A DNA stretch of 64,000 nt from Marsupella aquatica (taxonomy: Eukaryota > Plantae > Marchantiophyta). The stretch's first letter is position 1; every line of letters begins with the position of its first letter. Location: positions 12,212,771 through 12,276,770 of the forward strand of contig OZ316891.1 in assembly GCA_973895155.1 (NCBI GenBank), read 5' to 3'. The notes under the pieces were generated by a model. The model worked only from the letters and a program-made list of their open reading frames with translations, was not told the DNA's origin and ran no database searches. Position numbers and translations under genes: made by a program. This document shows positions 52,563 through 64,000 of the stretch, in pieces.

Positions 52563-55500
52563 GCATTTCGCGAAAAAAAAGTATCAAGAAAGTGAAAAAT
52601 TGAATCCGTGAAGTAGAGGAGGCGTCCGATCTTTTTGGCGGAGCTCAGCCATTGGCTATTTTGGCCCTGTTTTCGGGGTTTGGTCGTTTAGTTTGGCGGA
52701 AGTGGGAGTAACAGTGGGGATGTAGTGGTTTTGCTATAGTGTTGTTCAAATTTTTGAACATTGGCAGTGGCGCGGGGCGTAGTGTAAGAGGAGCGAAAGT
52801 GCAATTTTGCACTAGGGGAAGAATTTTAATGTTCATTGGAGTGGGTGTGATGTTGGTTGTCTTCAGTTTATGTTAATCGGTGTTGATGCGGACTGTGGCA
52901 CTTCAACGGAGGGGTCAGGGATTATGGTGAGCTTTGCAGGGAGGACGCACGTCATTTTTTAGTGTCATTGGGCTTACTTGACTCGGAGCGGGCTTTACTG
53001 ATCTGGGGATCTTGTAGTGGAGGTTTTGATTTTTCTCGTGGCCTGGCGGATGGCGTGTAGAGTTTTACACTATGGCCAGATGGGGTGAGAATCGGTGGGA
53101 TTCGGAGGATTTTTGTAAGGTTAGGTCACACCACACGGGAGAGCAGGAGACTAGTAGAGGGGGATTCAAAATAATTTCCCACATCGTCAATTTGATGAAG
53201 AGTTCAGTGGTCGTAACTCTATTGTTTGTCAAGACACTATTCATCAACATCGGGATTTGGAGAATAGTGATCCTAATTTGGATTTCATTAAAGCATCATT
53301 GGCACCTGGGGTGATTGAAACTCTGCAGCAGGAATTCTATCAAGATAAAGTGGTCCTTTGCTTTGAGGGGGTGGTGAATATTCATCAGGCGGAATAGTGG
53401 CTGGTTCTTTATAACTCACAGCACTCACATCAGTTGGAAATCTTTGAACCAATTGCTAATGCCTTGTTTGTGGTCACGGTCATTGATATCACTCAATTCA
53501 TACAGTGATTGCATTGATTCATTCATTGCCTCGATCTTATTTTGGCTGAGCACCAAAATGATAGAGCAAATCAGGCCAATATTCTTGCAAAACCTTTACT
53601 GATTGAGGACCGGCAGGTTTCAGTGAATGCGTTTGCTTGGATTTTGATCCGGAACAGCCTAGGGAGTTTAATCATCTGGTTACAATTCAAATTACTAATG
53701 CCAATCACCTTCAATACTTCATCCTGGATTCTATTTTTCAGAAGTTAGGCAAGGTTACTTGCAGATACCTTGGTACTAGATTAGATAAACATCTAATTGT
53801 AGTGCTTATTGAAACTCAGATCAGATAGTGGAAATCTATTATTCAGTTTCAGGTTAGCAACTTTCAGGTTCTATCGATTCAGTTGGAGTTCATCGACAAG
53901 CAACCGAGGTGTCTCAGCTGTTTTTCTCCTACACATCAGGCGGACAGGTGGTACCAAGAGAAGCGGGGTGTGATTCATAATAAACAGAATCATCATTCAA
54001 AGATTATATCCAGTGGCATGGTTGAGCATAGTGTGGTGGATCCAGATTGTAATAATTGGAATCAGTTCAGGAGAGAGTTGCATGGGAAGAACATGCCTCT
54101 TAGCAATCCTCATAACGTCCAGTTACGTCAGCCGTTGAATTCTGGTTTCTCTCAGTGTGATCAGTCAATCCCCTTAGGAACACAGAAGTGGAAGGAGGCA
54201 GACTCCCAAGGAGTGTTTTACCAAAATACTCTTCCTCACTCGATCAGTACTTTTAATTTGGAGGTGGAGTGTAATTTAGCAGTGTTGCAAGCATCTCGGC
54301 TAAAACCAGTGTACCTCAATAAGAAGCACAAGAAACTAGACTCAGATCAGGGGACTAGTGTTTTGCAATAGGCCAATCCAGGGGTATTGGAAGGCTCATT
54401 TCATTCTCTCCAGGAGTTTGAAAAATCTCAGGAGTTTGCGAGAAGACAGCAGTCGGTGGTTCCAAGGTTTGTTGAAATTCAAAGAGCGAGTTCCAAAGAG
54501 TCGTATATTAATCAGCAAGCGGTGGCTCACAAGGCTCAGTTGAATCAAGAGTTATATCAGTCGGAGCAAGAGAGAGTGCAGTCTCAGTGGGATAAGTTGC
54601 AGGAAGCTGAAATCAATAAAGGCAAGGTTCAACTCAAAGTGGAAGAGGAGGAAAGGAAGCAAGCAAGCATAGGCAGAGATCAGGATACAATCCATTGTGA
54701 GCCGGAGCTGCAAGATCATACTCTAAGGGACATTCACTTAACACTGACAGGATCTCCAAAGCAATCGGTGAAGGACACAGGAGCAATTGAGTAGTGATCT
54801 TTTACCATCTTCGTCGTTACAAGAGTGGCAGATCATATCTATCTCCAATAGATTACAAGAGTTGGCGGGTCCAGTGTTTAAAGTTTCCCCTATCGGTAAG
54901 AAACATGTGATCAACTCCCCCAGTACGCCAATAAAAGGAGGGTGTCCTAGGAAAGTTGTTCATGAATCTTCTATTAAGAAGCATCGTAACGTTGTTTAGG
55001 GTGTGGTGATTGACGGGCTTGACTCTGTGACAAAGACGCGAAGAGGCCTTTATAAGACTGGGTCTGAAGGTGGAAAGATTTTGACCTCTACGACTCATCA
55101 ACAGGCTGTGCTCACCCAGGGTCTAACTAATTTGGAAGGAGAGTGCTCAGTCCCAACAGGTGGGGTGGTTGAGGCTTCCCATAATTAAGTCCAATCATTA
55201 CTGGGAGGTTACCTTTTGATATCTTCGGTTACTTGAAGGATGAAGTTACATATTGTTTCTCATAACTTGCAGGGTTTGTGTGGAGCTGAGAGGATATCAA
55301 AAGTGTGTCAGTTCATTCAGGATTTTGTTCCTAGTATTGATATTTTTTGTGGCCAAAACTATCACCTTCGGCTTGGAAGGCTAAAAATGCTCTCGTACCA
55401 AATTTGGCAACAGGCAAAGTTCTTTTTTAGCCCGGCGAGGGATGGAGTGATGGCTCATAAAGACCCGGCTGCGGATTTGGGAAGAGGTGGGCTCCTGGTG

Positions 55501-58500
55501 GCGGTGGGGCCTAGGATGACATCAGTGGGATATTTACCAAGTGGGCATGGCATTTGGTGTACTTTTGATCATCCTAAATTGGGGGTGTTTGGCATTATTA
55601 ATGTGTATGCTCCTACGGGACAGGATGGTGATTTGGAAAGGACTTGGTTATGGGGCAAAAATTTTCAAGAAGTGCGCAATTTGATATTGCCTGGCTGATT
55701 GTGGGAGACTTCAACATGGTCGAAGAGTTACAAAACCAAGCAGGCGGACGTCCTCATGTGGCAGCGGGTAGAGAAAAGCGTGCATAGGAGCATCTCAAAA
55801 GGAAAATGCGGTGGGAAGACACTTTTAAAAGATACCCTGGGCAGCTGCGGTTTTCTTGGTGTAATAAGAGAATAGCAAGTGTGACAGCTAATTCTAATAG
55901 AATCTACATACATGCTGCTATGCCCCAGTAGGGTCTTCAGGATTGAAGTTTGTGGTGGTTTCCAGAATCATTCCAGCTCAACATATGTCTGATCATCATC
56001 CGATTGGTATTAGCTGTTCTATGGGAATTCTTAACTCCTTTCCGTCTAGTTTTAAGATGAACACAGTAAATTTAAAGGTGGACAGATTCCGGCAGGTGAT
56101 GTTGGAGTTGTTGGTGACGGAATCCTTCAGATTGAATTGCAGGAAGCTCCCACCAGACAAAATATTGGAAGGCTGTCTAAAGAGAGCGACTAACTTTGAC
56201 AGAGCTTGGGGTAAACAACAAGCTATGATTAAAGCGGTTGTGATTAATACCCTTAAGAAGGAGTTGACGTGTGCACAAGTAGCTTTAGAGGATGCCCCTC
56301 AATAGCCTATTCTCCAATAGGTTATGTTGGATTGTCAACAGAAGCTTAAAACAATGGAAGATGGCAAAATGAGATGGATGCAGAGGCTCTTAGGATGAAG
56401 TGGATACAGCACGGAGGCAGATGTTCTCAAATCCAATTTAATTCTTTCAAATCAAGAGCAGCAGTTAATGAACTGAAGGGGCTTTACGATGCTGAGGATA
56501 ATATAAAGCAGGATTGGGATGACATGGCTAGAATAGCTACAGAATTGTATTCAGATTTACTTTCTTCCAAACATCATCCATCGGAAGAAGAGTTGAATAT
56601 GATATTGGATAAAATGCTAATTCGTATTTCTCCGGAAGATAAGCAAGTCATGGAAGATGAACTTGACCTTGGGGAAATTTTGGTGGCAGCAAAGGCGCCG
56701 GGGAAACATAAGGCTCCTGGCCATGACGGGGTCCAGCGGAAATTTTCTGGAATTCTGGGATATACTTGGGCCAATTCTATTGGATACTCGTAAGGAGGGT
56801 GTCGTAAAAGGCAGATTCAGTCAGAATTTTCTTAAAGGAATTATTATTCTCTTGGTGAAGAAAGGGGATGAGTTGAAGATTGTAAACAAATTTCCAATTT
56901 CATTACTTTGTGAGCTATAAGATTGGCACTAAAACCTTCCAGTAGAGATTAATTTGAGTTTTGATGAAGATCACAACATCGCAACAATACGCTTATTTAC
57001 TGGGTCGTTTGATTCACCATACTATGCTTCTTTTGAATGAGATGGTTGCTCAGGCAATGGGCTCAGCGGATCCATATGTGTGCCTGAAGTTGGATGTGAT
57101 TAAAGCCTTTAATTGTGTAGAATGGGTCTTCATTGAGAAAATGCTGGAAAGAATGGGTTTTGGTGATAGATTCTCCAATTTCTTTAAGGCCATAACGACT
57201 GGTGCATCTTCTATAATTATGATTAATGGAAGAGCTTTTTCTACTTTCAACATCACTAGATCGGTCAGACAGGGTTGTCCGATCTCCCCCTTAATTTTCA
57301 TTATCGCTATCCAAGTTAGGGCTGGATAGTTTGTTGACAGAACAACTATCAAAGAGACTATTGGAGGGTGTGTATTTTGAGAAGGCAGATCTTCACTTAG
57401 CACATCAATTTTATGCAGATAACACTACGGTGGTGTTGAAAGCGGAGAGAGCTAATATTGATAAGTGTATCAGTTCGTTTCAGATCTTTGCTACGACGTC
57501 TGGTTTTATTTGTAACTGGGATAAAACAACAGCAATTCTTTTGAGTAGACAGGCCTCACCAATGGAGCTAATGGATCTAAATTGGCATTGGGAAGGTGCT
57601 GGTCATTACTCAAAATTATTGGGGTTCTTTTTTGGAGTGGATGGCATTGATCAGGTGTGTTCCAGACAACACATCCTGGACTTGTTGGAGAAAAGGCTTC
57701 TTCAGCTGAAGAAGAATCCACATTCTTTTATGGTGCGGGTGTTGGTGGTTAATCACATCCTTATGGGTTCTCTTTGGTATATTCTTACTCGGTGGGGAGG
57801 GTCGGATTGAGATCTGCATAAAATGAAGATGATCCTCATTGAGTTTCTATGGGCGGGTCATGAGGCTAAGGCGATGCATCAAATCAATTTTAATCTTCTT
57901 TCCTTACCCAAGAAGGTGGGTGGAGTTGGTTTAATTCCGCTGGAACACCAGGTGACTGCGTTGGCTGCTCGATTCATTTTTTTTGCGCTGTCGGATGGGG
58001 AGCATCCGTTACAGGGGCTGTTACAAACAAGGATATCGGAGTTATCGGTCTGTAAATGGGGAATTGAAGATAAGTCATGGGTGTTCAATAGATGTCGTAC
58101 TCTTCCATCTGAAGGTTCTGGGATTTGGTTTAACATTTGTAGATCTTGGAATAAGATCAAAGCCAATCTTTGTTTTACTGTTCCGGCTAACATTCAGGAA
58201 ACATTAAAGGCATCCTTGTGGTCCCCATCATATAATCACATGGAGAGGAATTTGGTGGGCTGCTCAACGAATCAATAGAAAGAGTTGAGATTGCTTAATC
58301 TTAATAAATGGAGTGATGTTTACTTGGATTTGGCTACCCCTCTATTGTGGGCAGATTTGATCTCTCACGGAGCTAAACCGCAAGCTAGGGAGAAGAGCGT
58401 TTGCTGCTCTTATGAACAATTGTCGTTCTCCATTGTCCTCCATGGGGGATCCCAACTCTGTGAAAAGGTTGTTATCTCGGATTGCATTATCAGTGAAGGT

Positions 58501-59947
58501 AACTTAGCTTGGGAGATTTTGGTGCTGTCTCGGGATATGAAGGATATTTGGTCAATAGAGGAGGTGAACAGATGTTTGACTGGTACATTTCTGGTGAAGG
58601 GTGGAGTTTACACAAGGTGGAGAAGTGTCTGTGTACTGGGTTTAATCTACATACCATGGTGTTAGGTCAAGCGAAATGTTGGAGTTCTCAGAAATCTGGG
58701 TTTGAGCTGAAAGGAGCTACTATTGGTCATGTTGGTGAATCGACTAGATTTCAATGGTCAGATGGGAAAGACTTTTTTCTAGCATCGACTGCCAGTATCC
58801 AAAGATTACTTCAGTGTCAAGATAAAGTGTCTGCGTTCGGATTGCATAAGTGCCGTATGGAAATTGGGGGTATTCCTTCATATCAGAGAGTGTGGAGTAA
58901 TGTATGGAAGCCATTTCACGAGGAAAAGATTAATTTCTTCCTATGAAAAATGGTCCACAGGATTAATGCTACTTTGCACGTCATTGGTAAGCATTCATCC
59001 AGACGTGATAATGAGGGTAACATTATCTTATTCTCAAGGAGTGATCCGCTGTGGTGTGTAAACGATGTGAGTTCAAAGCTCATGAAGATATCCTTCACTG
59101 TCAATGGCATTGCCCAGAATGACAAAGAATCTGGAGATGGATTGCAAACATTTTGCAGCAGGCTCTGGACATTTGGGCATCGTTGGTTTCCTTTGAATGG
59201 GGCTGTGCATGCTATTATGGGGCTCCACTTTCTGGTTCTAGAGTACCGTGTAAACTTTGCGAATTGGCTAGGGGTACCACTAATTGGCAATTGTGGAAGG
59301 CAAGGTGTTCACTGGAAAGAGAAGAAGTGTGGATTTCAGTGACGGGAGTGCAGTTGATGATTTGGAAGGAGCTTCGGTTATGTATCAAGATGGCTTGGAC
59401 ACAGGGCATAGAGAGTATCAAGATCTCTGGTAAGTGCATAATGGATTTGATTGGACTGATGGCGAGAGATTTTGGACGGGATGGTGGCCTCTATCGACTG
59501 GTGGATGAAGTGGCCTTGGTGGAGTACAGTCCGTGGTGGGCATTTGATCCACCTTGAAGATTTTTAGGAGTAGTTTCTGCCACCAGTGTTATTTTTAGTT
59601 CTGGTTTGGCAGTGGTAGAGTGATTTTCTTTCATGTTCATTGTTGCAGACGGTGAATTCTCCTTGTTGAAATTCACGTCTGGGTTTTAGTTGTTCAGATC
59701 TTAATTTTCTCTGGGTCTCTTCCTGCTCCCTGGGCTGAGTCAGCCCTCTGGTCTGCGGTGTTTTTTTGGTTATTTTTGATGGGAGGTTTCTTGCCTCTTT
59801 GCGTCTCTTTTCCCTTGTTTGCCCTGGTCCGCTGGTCCTGGTGTGACGTTTGGCCTCTGACCGGTTGTGGTCTGGACAGTGACTCCTGTTTTTATTGGGT
59901 TTCACTTCCCTTGCAAGTAAAGTACTCCTTTCAAGAAAACAAATAAA
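52563..59947 (+). mobile_element. Full-length, inactivated L1-clade LINE (about 7.4 kb)
   Basis: ORF1 remnant with zinc knuckle CLSCFSPTH (about 53910); ORF2 from 55240 with APE endonuclease (SHNLQGL, INVYAP, GDFN, SDH) and RT (KAPGHDG, KLDVIKAF..VEW, RQGCPISP, FYADN); A-rich tail 59935-59950; 14-bp TSD AAATCA(A/T)GTTGAAA at 52549-52562 and 59948-59961; many stops and frameshifts. Confidence 0.92.
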
Positions 59948-61177
59948 AAATCATGTTGAAACGAGGCCTTGTGAAGAAAACTTGCAATTGAGGGGCCCAA
60001 TTAAGTATTTCCCCTGTTCTTGAATGCTACGTCTTCTTATTGAAACTCTTTTATCTTATCTTGGAAGCCATCAAAATGATGCCCATTACCGTTTCCTAGC
60101 CCTCAGGAGACCAGCAGTAATCAGGCTTGTCCTCAGGTTGGCCCTACACCCGTCCACAAACGGCCAGCCACATCCATCAACACATCGTCTCGACTTCCCT
60201 TGTGCACTCCCTGGCCCCTGTCTCTACGGTGCTTCGACCGGAGCATCCCCCCAGCCCCCAAGTCTAACTTACTACAGTTGGTTGTCCTCAGACTGTAGTA
60301 ACGGGAGGATGGTAACCACTAACCAGAGACAAATGACCGAGCTTCCGATTACCCTGGTAGGTACAGCCTACATCCACGGCACCGTGGTCCTCCTCGTACC
60401 GAACGGTACAGCGGAGGACCGTCCCCCCGCAACGGACCCGCCCAGGCAGGGCGGCCACTCTCCGTCAGGCAATCTTGGATTCGGAACACTGCGATGCGAA
60501 CTGCTGGGGACCAAGTGGATCAACGCAGCATTCTTCTTTTGGAGCCAGAAAACTGGCCCTTATAATTATTAGACGTCCTCAACAGGTCCTGTTTGATTCC
60601 CAATTGTCGGGAGAAGTTTCACTCGCCGTTTGGGACCTGGACAGTTGGGGCACGGCCCTCTGCCCCGGGAAGTACAGGTGCGGGATACGGAAAGTACGCC
60701 ATGCAATTATAATTCTGATAAATGGTTGCATACCGTATATACACACATTTATATTTCATTATTTTTCAGATTTCTGACGATAGGTCAGATCAACGATGTG
60801 AAGGACACGCGAAAGCTGGACACGGTGTAGGACTGTGCCCTACTGCAATTTGGAAAGTACACGTGTTTTGGGGCACGAGAAACATGCCCAATAATGGGTA
60901 ATGTGCACTAAAGGAAATCAACTCCATTAAAGAGTTTTTGGCGACACGGATACTCAATGAACACTATCATTGCAAGGTTACATCTTTATCTCTATAGTCG
61001 AGAAGAATAGTCATATTCACATTCTAGATTATCTTTACTCTCAAATGCAGAACCTAGTTTTCAGGTCCATGTGTACTCGGTCTCAATCCCTTGACTGAGT
61101 CAAAAACCTTTGGTTTGAGTCAAACTATCATGTGTGCAATTCGAGACATCTAGTCAAGGGCTTATGGTCTACAGCGT

Positions 61178-61209
61178 GAAGCCTTTAGAAGCCTTTAGAA
61201 GCCTTTAGA
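61178..61209 (+). repeat. 10-bp tandem repeat GAAGCCTTTA x3
   Basis: Seen directly. Confidence 0.75.
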
Positions 61210-61862
61210 CCATGGCTCTGGGGCAGAGGTGAAGACTTTAGACCATGACTTTGGGGCTGGTTCAAGGTGGAATTGGAAACTGACATGATTGGTACTCACC
61301 ATCTATTTACAAGATTCAGGCTAGTCATTCCCAAACATCCTTCCCAGGGTCTGTCTTAGAGGTTAGCTTTTGTGCCTTCTTGTGGGGATTTGACATTCCT
61401 GGGTACTTTTGTAGGTTAACATCAATTTTAGAAGAGATATATCTGGGAACAAATTCCTGATATCAACCCAACTGAGAATTTTGGGAATGCTTAAATATGT
61501 ATTTATGACTTGATTTGAGAGTCTTTACTAGAAAATGATCCTTTGTTGCGTTGGTAATTCAAACTGGACAACCTGTGATGTTGCGAGAGCATGACATTTT
61601 ACATCTTTGCCTTCTTAATTTCTACCACACTCTTTTGGGTCCAAAATCTTTGTTTGTGGCGTTATTAGGACTTCTGTCATTTTCAGACTTCTTTCTTCAT
61701 ACCTTGGTTGGGATGCATTTAAATTGGGTCTTGTTCTTGCCTTAAAATTCTTTTTGCTGGCCATTTAGTTCTAGGGATGTTGCCTCAATAAAGTTATCCT
61801 CTTCAAGATTAAAAATTAGGTATTGAATTTTATCCAGAATTTGTTTCTGGGGAATGGGACTA

Positions 61863-62150
61863 CCGTCTTCCCCCGAACACAGCGCCCGGGCACTGTGTTC
61901 GAAAGTTTCGATTTTTGGGTCTTGGCGTAAAAAAGTTCATTTTATTCAAACACAACGTCACTTTTACACAACGCCCGGGCGCTGTGTTCGAACTTGGCTC
62001 TGTGTTCGGGGATGTCGCTGTGTTCGGGGGACCGTTCATGTTGAGTGAGGGACTAAGTTGCATGTTCGAGTGAGGGACCGTTTTTGCGTGTTCCTTTACA
62101 ATCAAAGTGTTCATAGTGGACAGGATGTTTGAGTGAGGGCACTGTGACAG
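61863..62150. mobile_element. Left terminus of a TA-flanked DNA transposon with palindromic subterminal repeats
   Basis: TA|CCGTCTTCCCCGAACACAGCGCCCGGGCACTGTGTTCG; repeated CTGTGTTCG (x4) and ATGTT(C)GAGTGAGGG (x3); same terminus as the 50102-50461 MITE; no matching right end seen in the window. Confidence 0.6.
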
Positions 62151-62366
62151 CAACAAAAACGTCTCGACAGTTAGGGCGCTGTGGAAGCAAATAGAAGCTC
62201 TCGACAACTCTCACAGCTTTTCTAGAATGTTGCGAATGACAGTATGGCCCAGACATACTCCATTAAATTAAATGGCACTTTGGAACTTTATATAGGTGTG
62301 CAAATCAATACATCCAGGCGCAATCGCACTGAGCACAAATCAAACTATGATCCTCAATCTCAACTC

Positions 62367-63029
62367 CTACTGTAACTTATCTCCTGCAAAGCGATTCACC
62401 AAATTTGTGATAGCCTTGCCTTTTGGCAATAGAACATTGATTCTCCTGGCTTTCTTGGCTGGCTGTGGTGATGGAGAGAAGTCCGTGAAGCTATCCAAAA
62501 GATACAAATCAAAATCTTCTGTGGGTACCGGCTTCCTCACAGAGAGACATGCACTGACCCAATTAAAGCTGACGAACTTCACTCTCCCACTCCAGTAGTA
62601 AAACTCCACAGTCCCCCATTCATACTTTGCCAAAATCGTCTGCCAATTCTTGGCAATCACATGAGTCGTCATTGAACTAAACCGGTAACAAATTGAACCT
62701 CCACACTGGACAAATCGTCGCTTCAATAAATCAAATCGGCCTGGGCTGAATTCATCAGGAATCAGCAGTGCATACATGCCCTTGAATGTGTCTCGAGTCT
62801 TGGCAAGTGCATGAGCCAGTGCATCCATCTCAGCTTTGACGTCTGTCTCAGCGTTTGGCTCCAGCTTAGTGCAATTTGCCTCCATCGCAGCATTTGCCTC
62901 CATTTGAGTGGTCGCCTCAATCGCATTCTCATGAATGGACTCAATGTCTGCAACCAATGACTCTATGGCTGCCGCAGACTCCATCTCTGCCACCACATCA
63001 ATCCCTGCATTTGAACTCTTCTCTGCCAT
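62367..63029 (-). CDS. Intronless single-BRCT-domain protein (about 220 aa), BRCT resembling the DNA polymerase lambda N-terminus
   Basis: FKGMYALL..RFDLLKRRFVQCGG.I..RFSSMTTHVIA...VSFNWVSACL..RKPVPTEDF fits the BRCT consensus (GG, TH, W...C); acidic Ala/Glu-rich N-terminus; PAKKARR NLS-like motif. Confidence 0.7.
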   Translation of the reverse strand: MAEKSSNAGIDVVAEMESAAAIESLVADIESIHENAIEATTQMEANAAMEANCTKLEPNAETDVKAEMDALAHALAKTRDTFKGMYALLIPDEFSPGRFDLLKRRFVQCGGSICYRFSSMTTHVIAKNWQTILAKYEWGTVEFYYWSGRVKFVSFNWVSACLSVRKPVPTEDFDLYLLDSFTDFSPSPQPAKKARRINVLLPKGKAITNLVNRFAGDKLQ

Positions 63030-64000
63030 CGCTACCAGCAAGCAAGAAAGCCTTACAAAAGATGAGAAATGAACAATGAGGCGCCTTGCACAATTGTCCC
63101 CGCCACTTTGAGAAGGGGCGTTGTGATCGATTTATGCTACAAATTAGGAAATTGCTCCAAAAGAGACAAAGTATGAAAACAGACAAAACATCCCACCATT
63201 CTCGGTCCATCACAAAATCGAGTTGGTGCCTTGAGCAAACATTGGGAACTCGGGAGGCTTTGGCTATGGACAGAAGGCAAACCAAAGAGCTGCAACGGGA
63301 GGGGTAAGTGAAGAAACTTCAGTCAATTGGAAACGGACTGTCAATCGTTAGCTCACTCATGTTAAGGTTACTTGATTGAGACTAATGCCTCCGTGAATTG
63401 CTTTGTTGCAGCAAGGATCAGAGGCCTTGAGGTCCTTGTCGTTGGCTCCTCGCGCGTTCGACTTCCTCCTTCCTGGCTCAGAACAGTACTAAGAGTGAAG
63501 GACGAAAACGGGTCAGTGCACGACAACTCATTCTTGTGCAAAGTTTCAATTCTATTGAATCATACTCATTGATGTCGACTCTGCCACTTTCTTACATTCG
63601 TTTCTCTTCATGGTCAACAGCCCACAATCGATAGTCGATAGTATATGATGAACTCGAGCGATTCTGGATGACAATAGTATTCCATAGTAACTCCTGATAT
63701 GCTTATGGCGATTTGCTTTCTTTCCAGCTTTATGAGTGACAGGAAACTAGATTCCAGAAAAAACCTTTTGTGATCGATGCTGTCTTGCACGAAGTGCTCA
63801 CATCAAACTGATACTCTGGGAAGAACGTTAATTTAAGTTTTCTCCTCCATTACAAGTCATACTTCGGGATGAAACCTATACCAATAGAATTCTGGTCTCG
63901 TGCCAGGAGAAATTGACAGATTTTTCTTCACAGAAGGCAACTCACACGTGCAGCGATTGCTTCCTCAGCCTTCAACACTGCTGCCAAAATTGTGTCTTCC

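Noticed and set aside
60024-60572. 182-aa ORF after the LINE
   Set aside because: GC-rich with no recognisable motif; likely TE debris.
50461-61863. One large element bounded by the two matching termini
   Set aside because: The termini point away from each other, so they belong to separate insertions.
61863-62150. CRISPR-like short palindromic repeats
   Set aside because: Irregular spacing, eukaryotic context and no cas genes; better explained as transposon subterminal repeats.
62367-64000. Full DNA polymerase lambda gene
   Set aside because: The ORF stops shortly after the BRCT and no PolX catalytic exons are visible downstream.

Overview
Eukaryotic land-plant nuclear DNA, most likely a bryophyte (moss-like intron-rich genes and moss-type PLS PPR motifs; organism is inferred). 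Genes: the 3' part of a C2/GRAM/VASt lipid-transfer gene (+, to 3533), a complete multi-exon SPIKE1 DOCK-family ROP-GEF (+, 14871-29781), a PLS-class PPR gene (-, about 38394-33766), an intronless SAUR (-, 47574-47086) and an intronless BRCT-only ORF (-, 63029-62367). Intergenic space holds a Helitron fragment, a solo LTR with a perfect TSD plus further copies of the same LTR, MITEs and a full-length but decayed L1-type LINE with TSD. The most notable item is the PPR gene: spliced upstream exons fuse an OSB-type 'PDF' single-stranded-DNA-binding motif to about 31 PLS RNA-recognition repeats that lack any E/DYW editing domain. Second is a DNA-polymerase-lambda-like BRCT ORF lying inside what looks like the end of a TA-flanked DNA transposon. 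All family assignments are by eye from recalled motifs; no searches were run.
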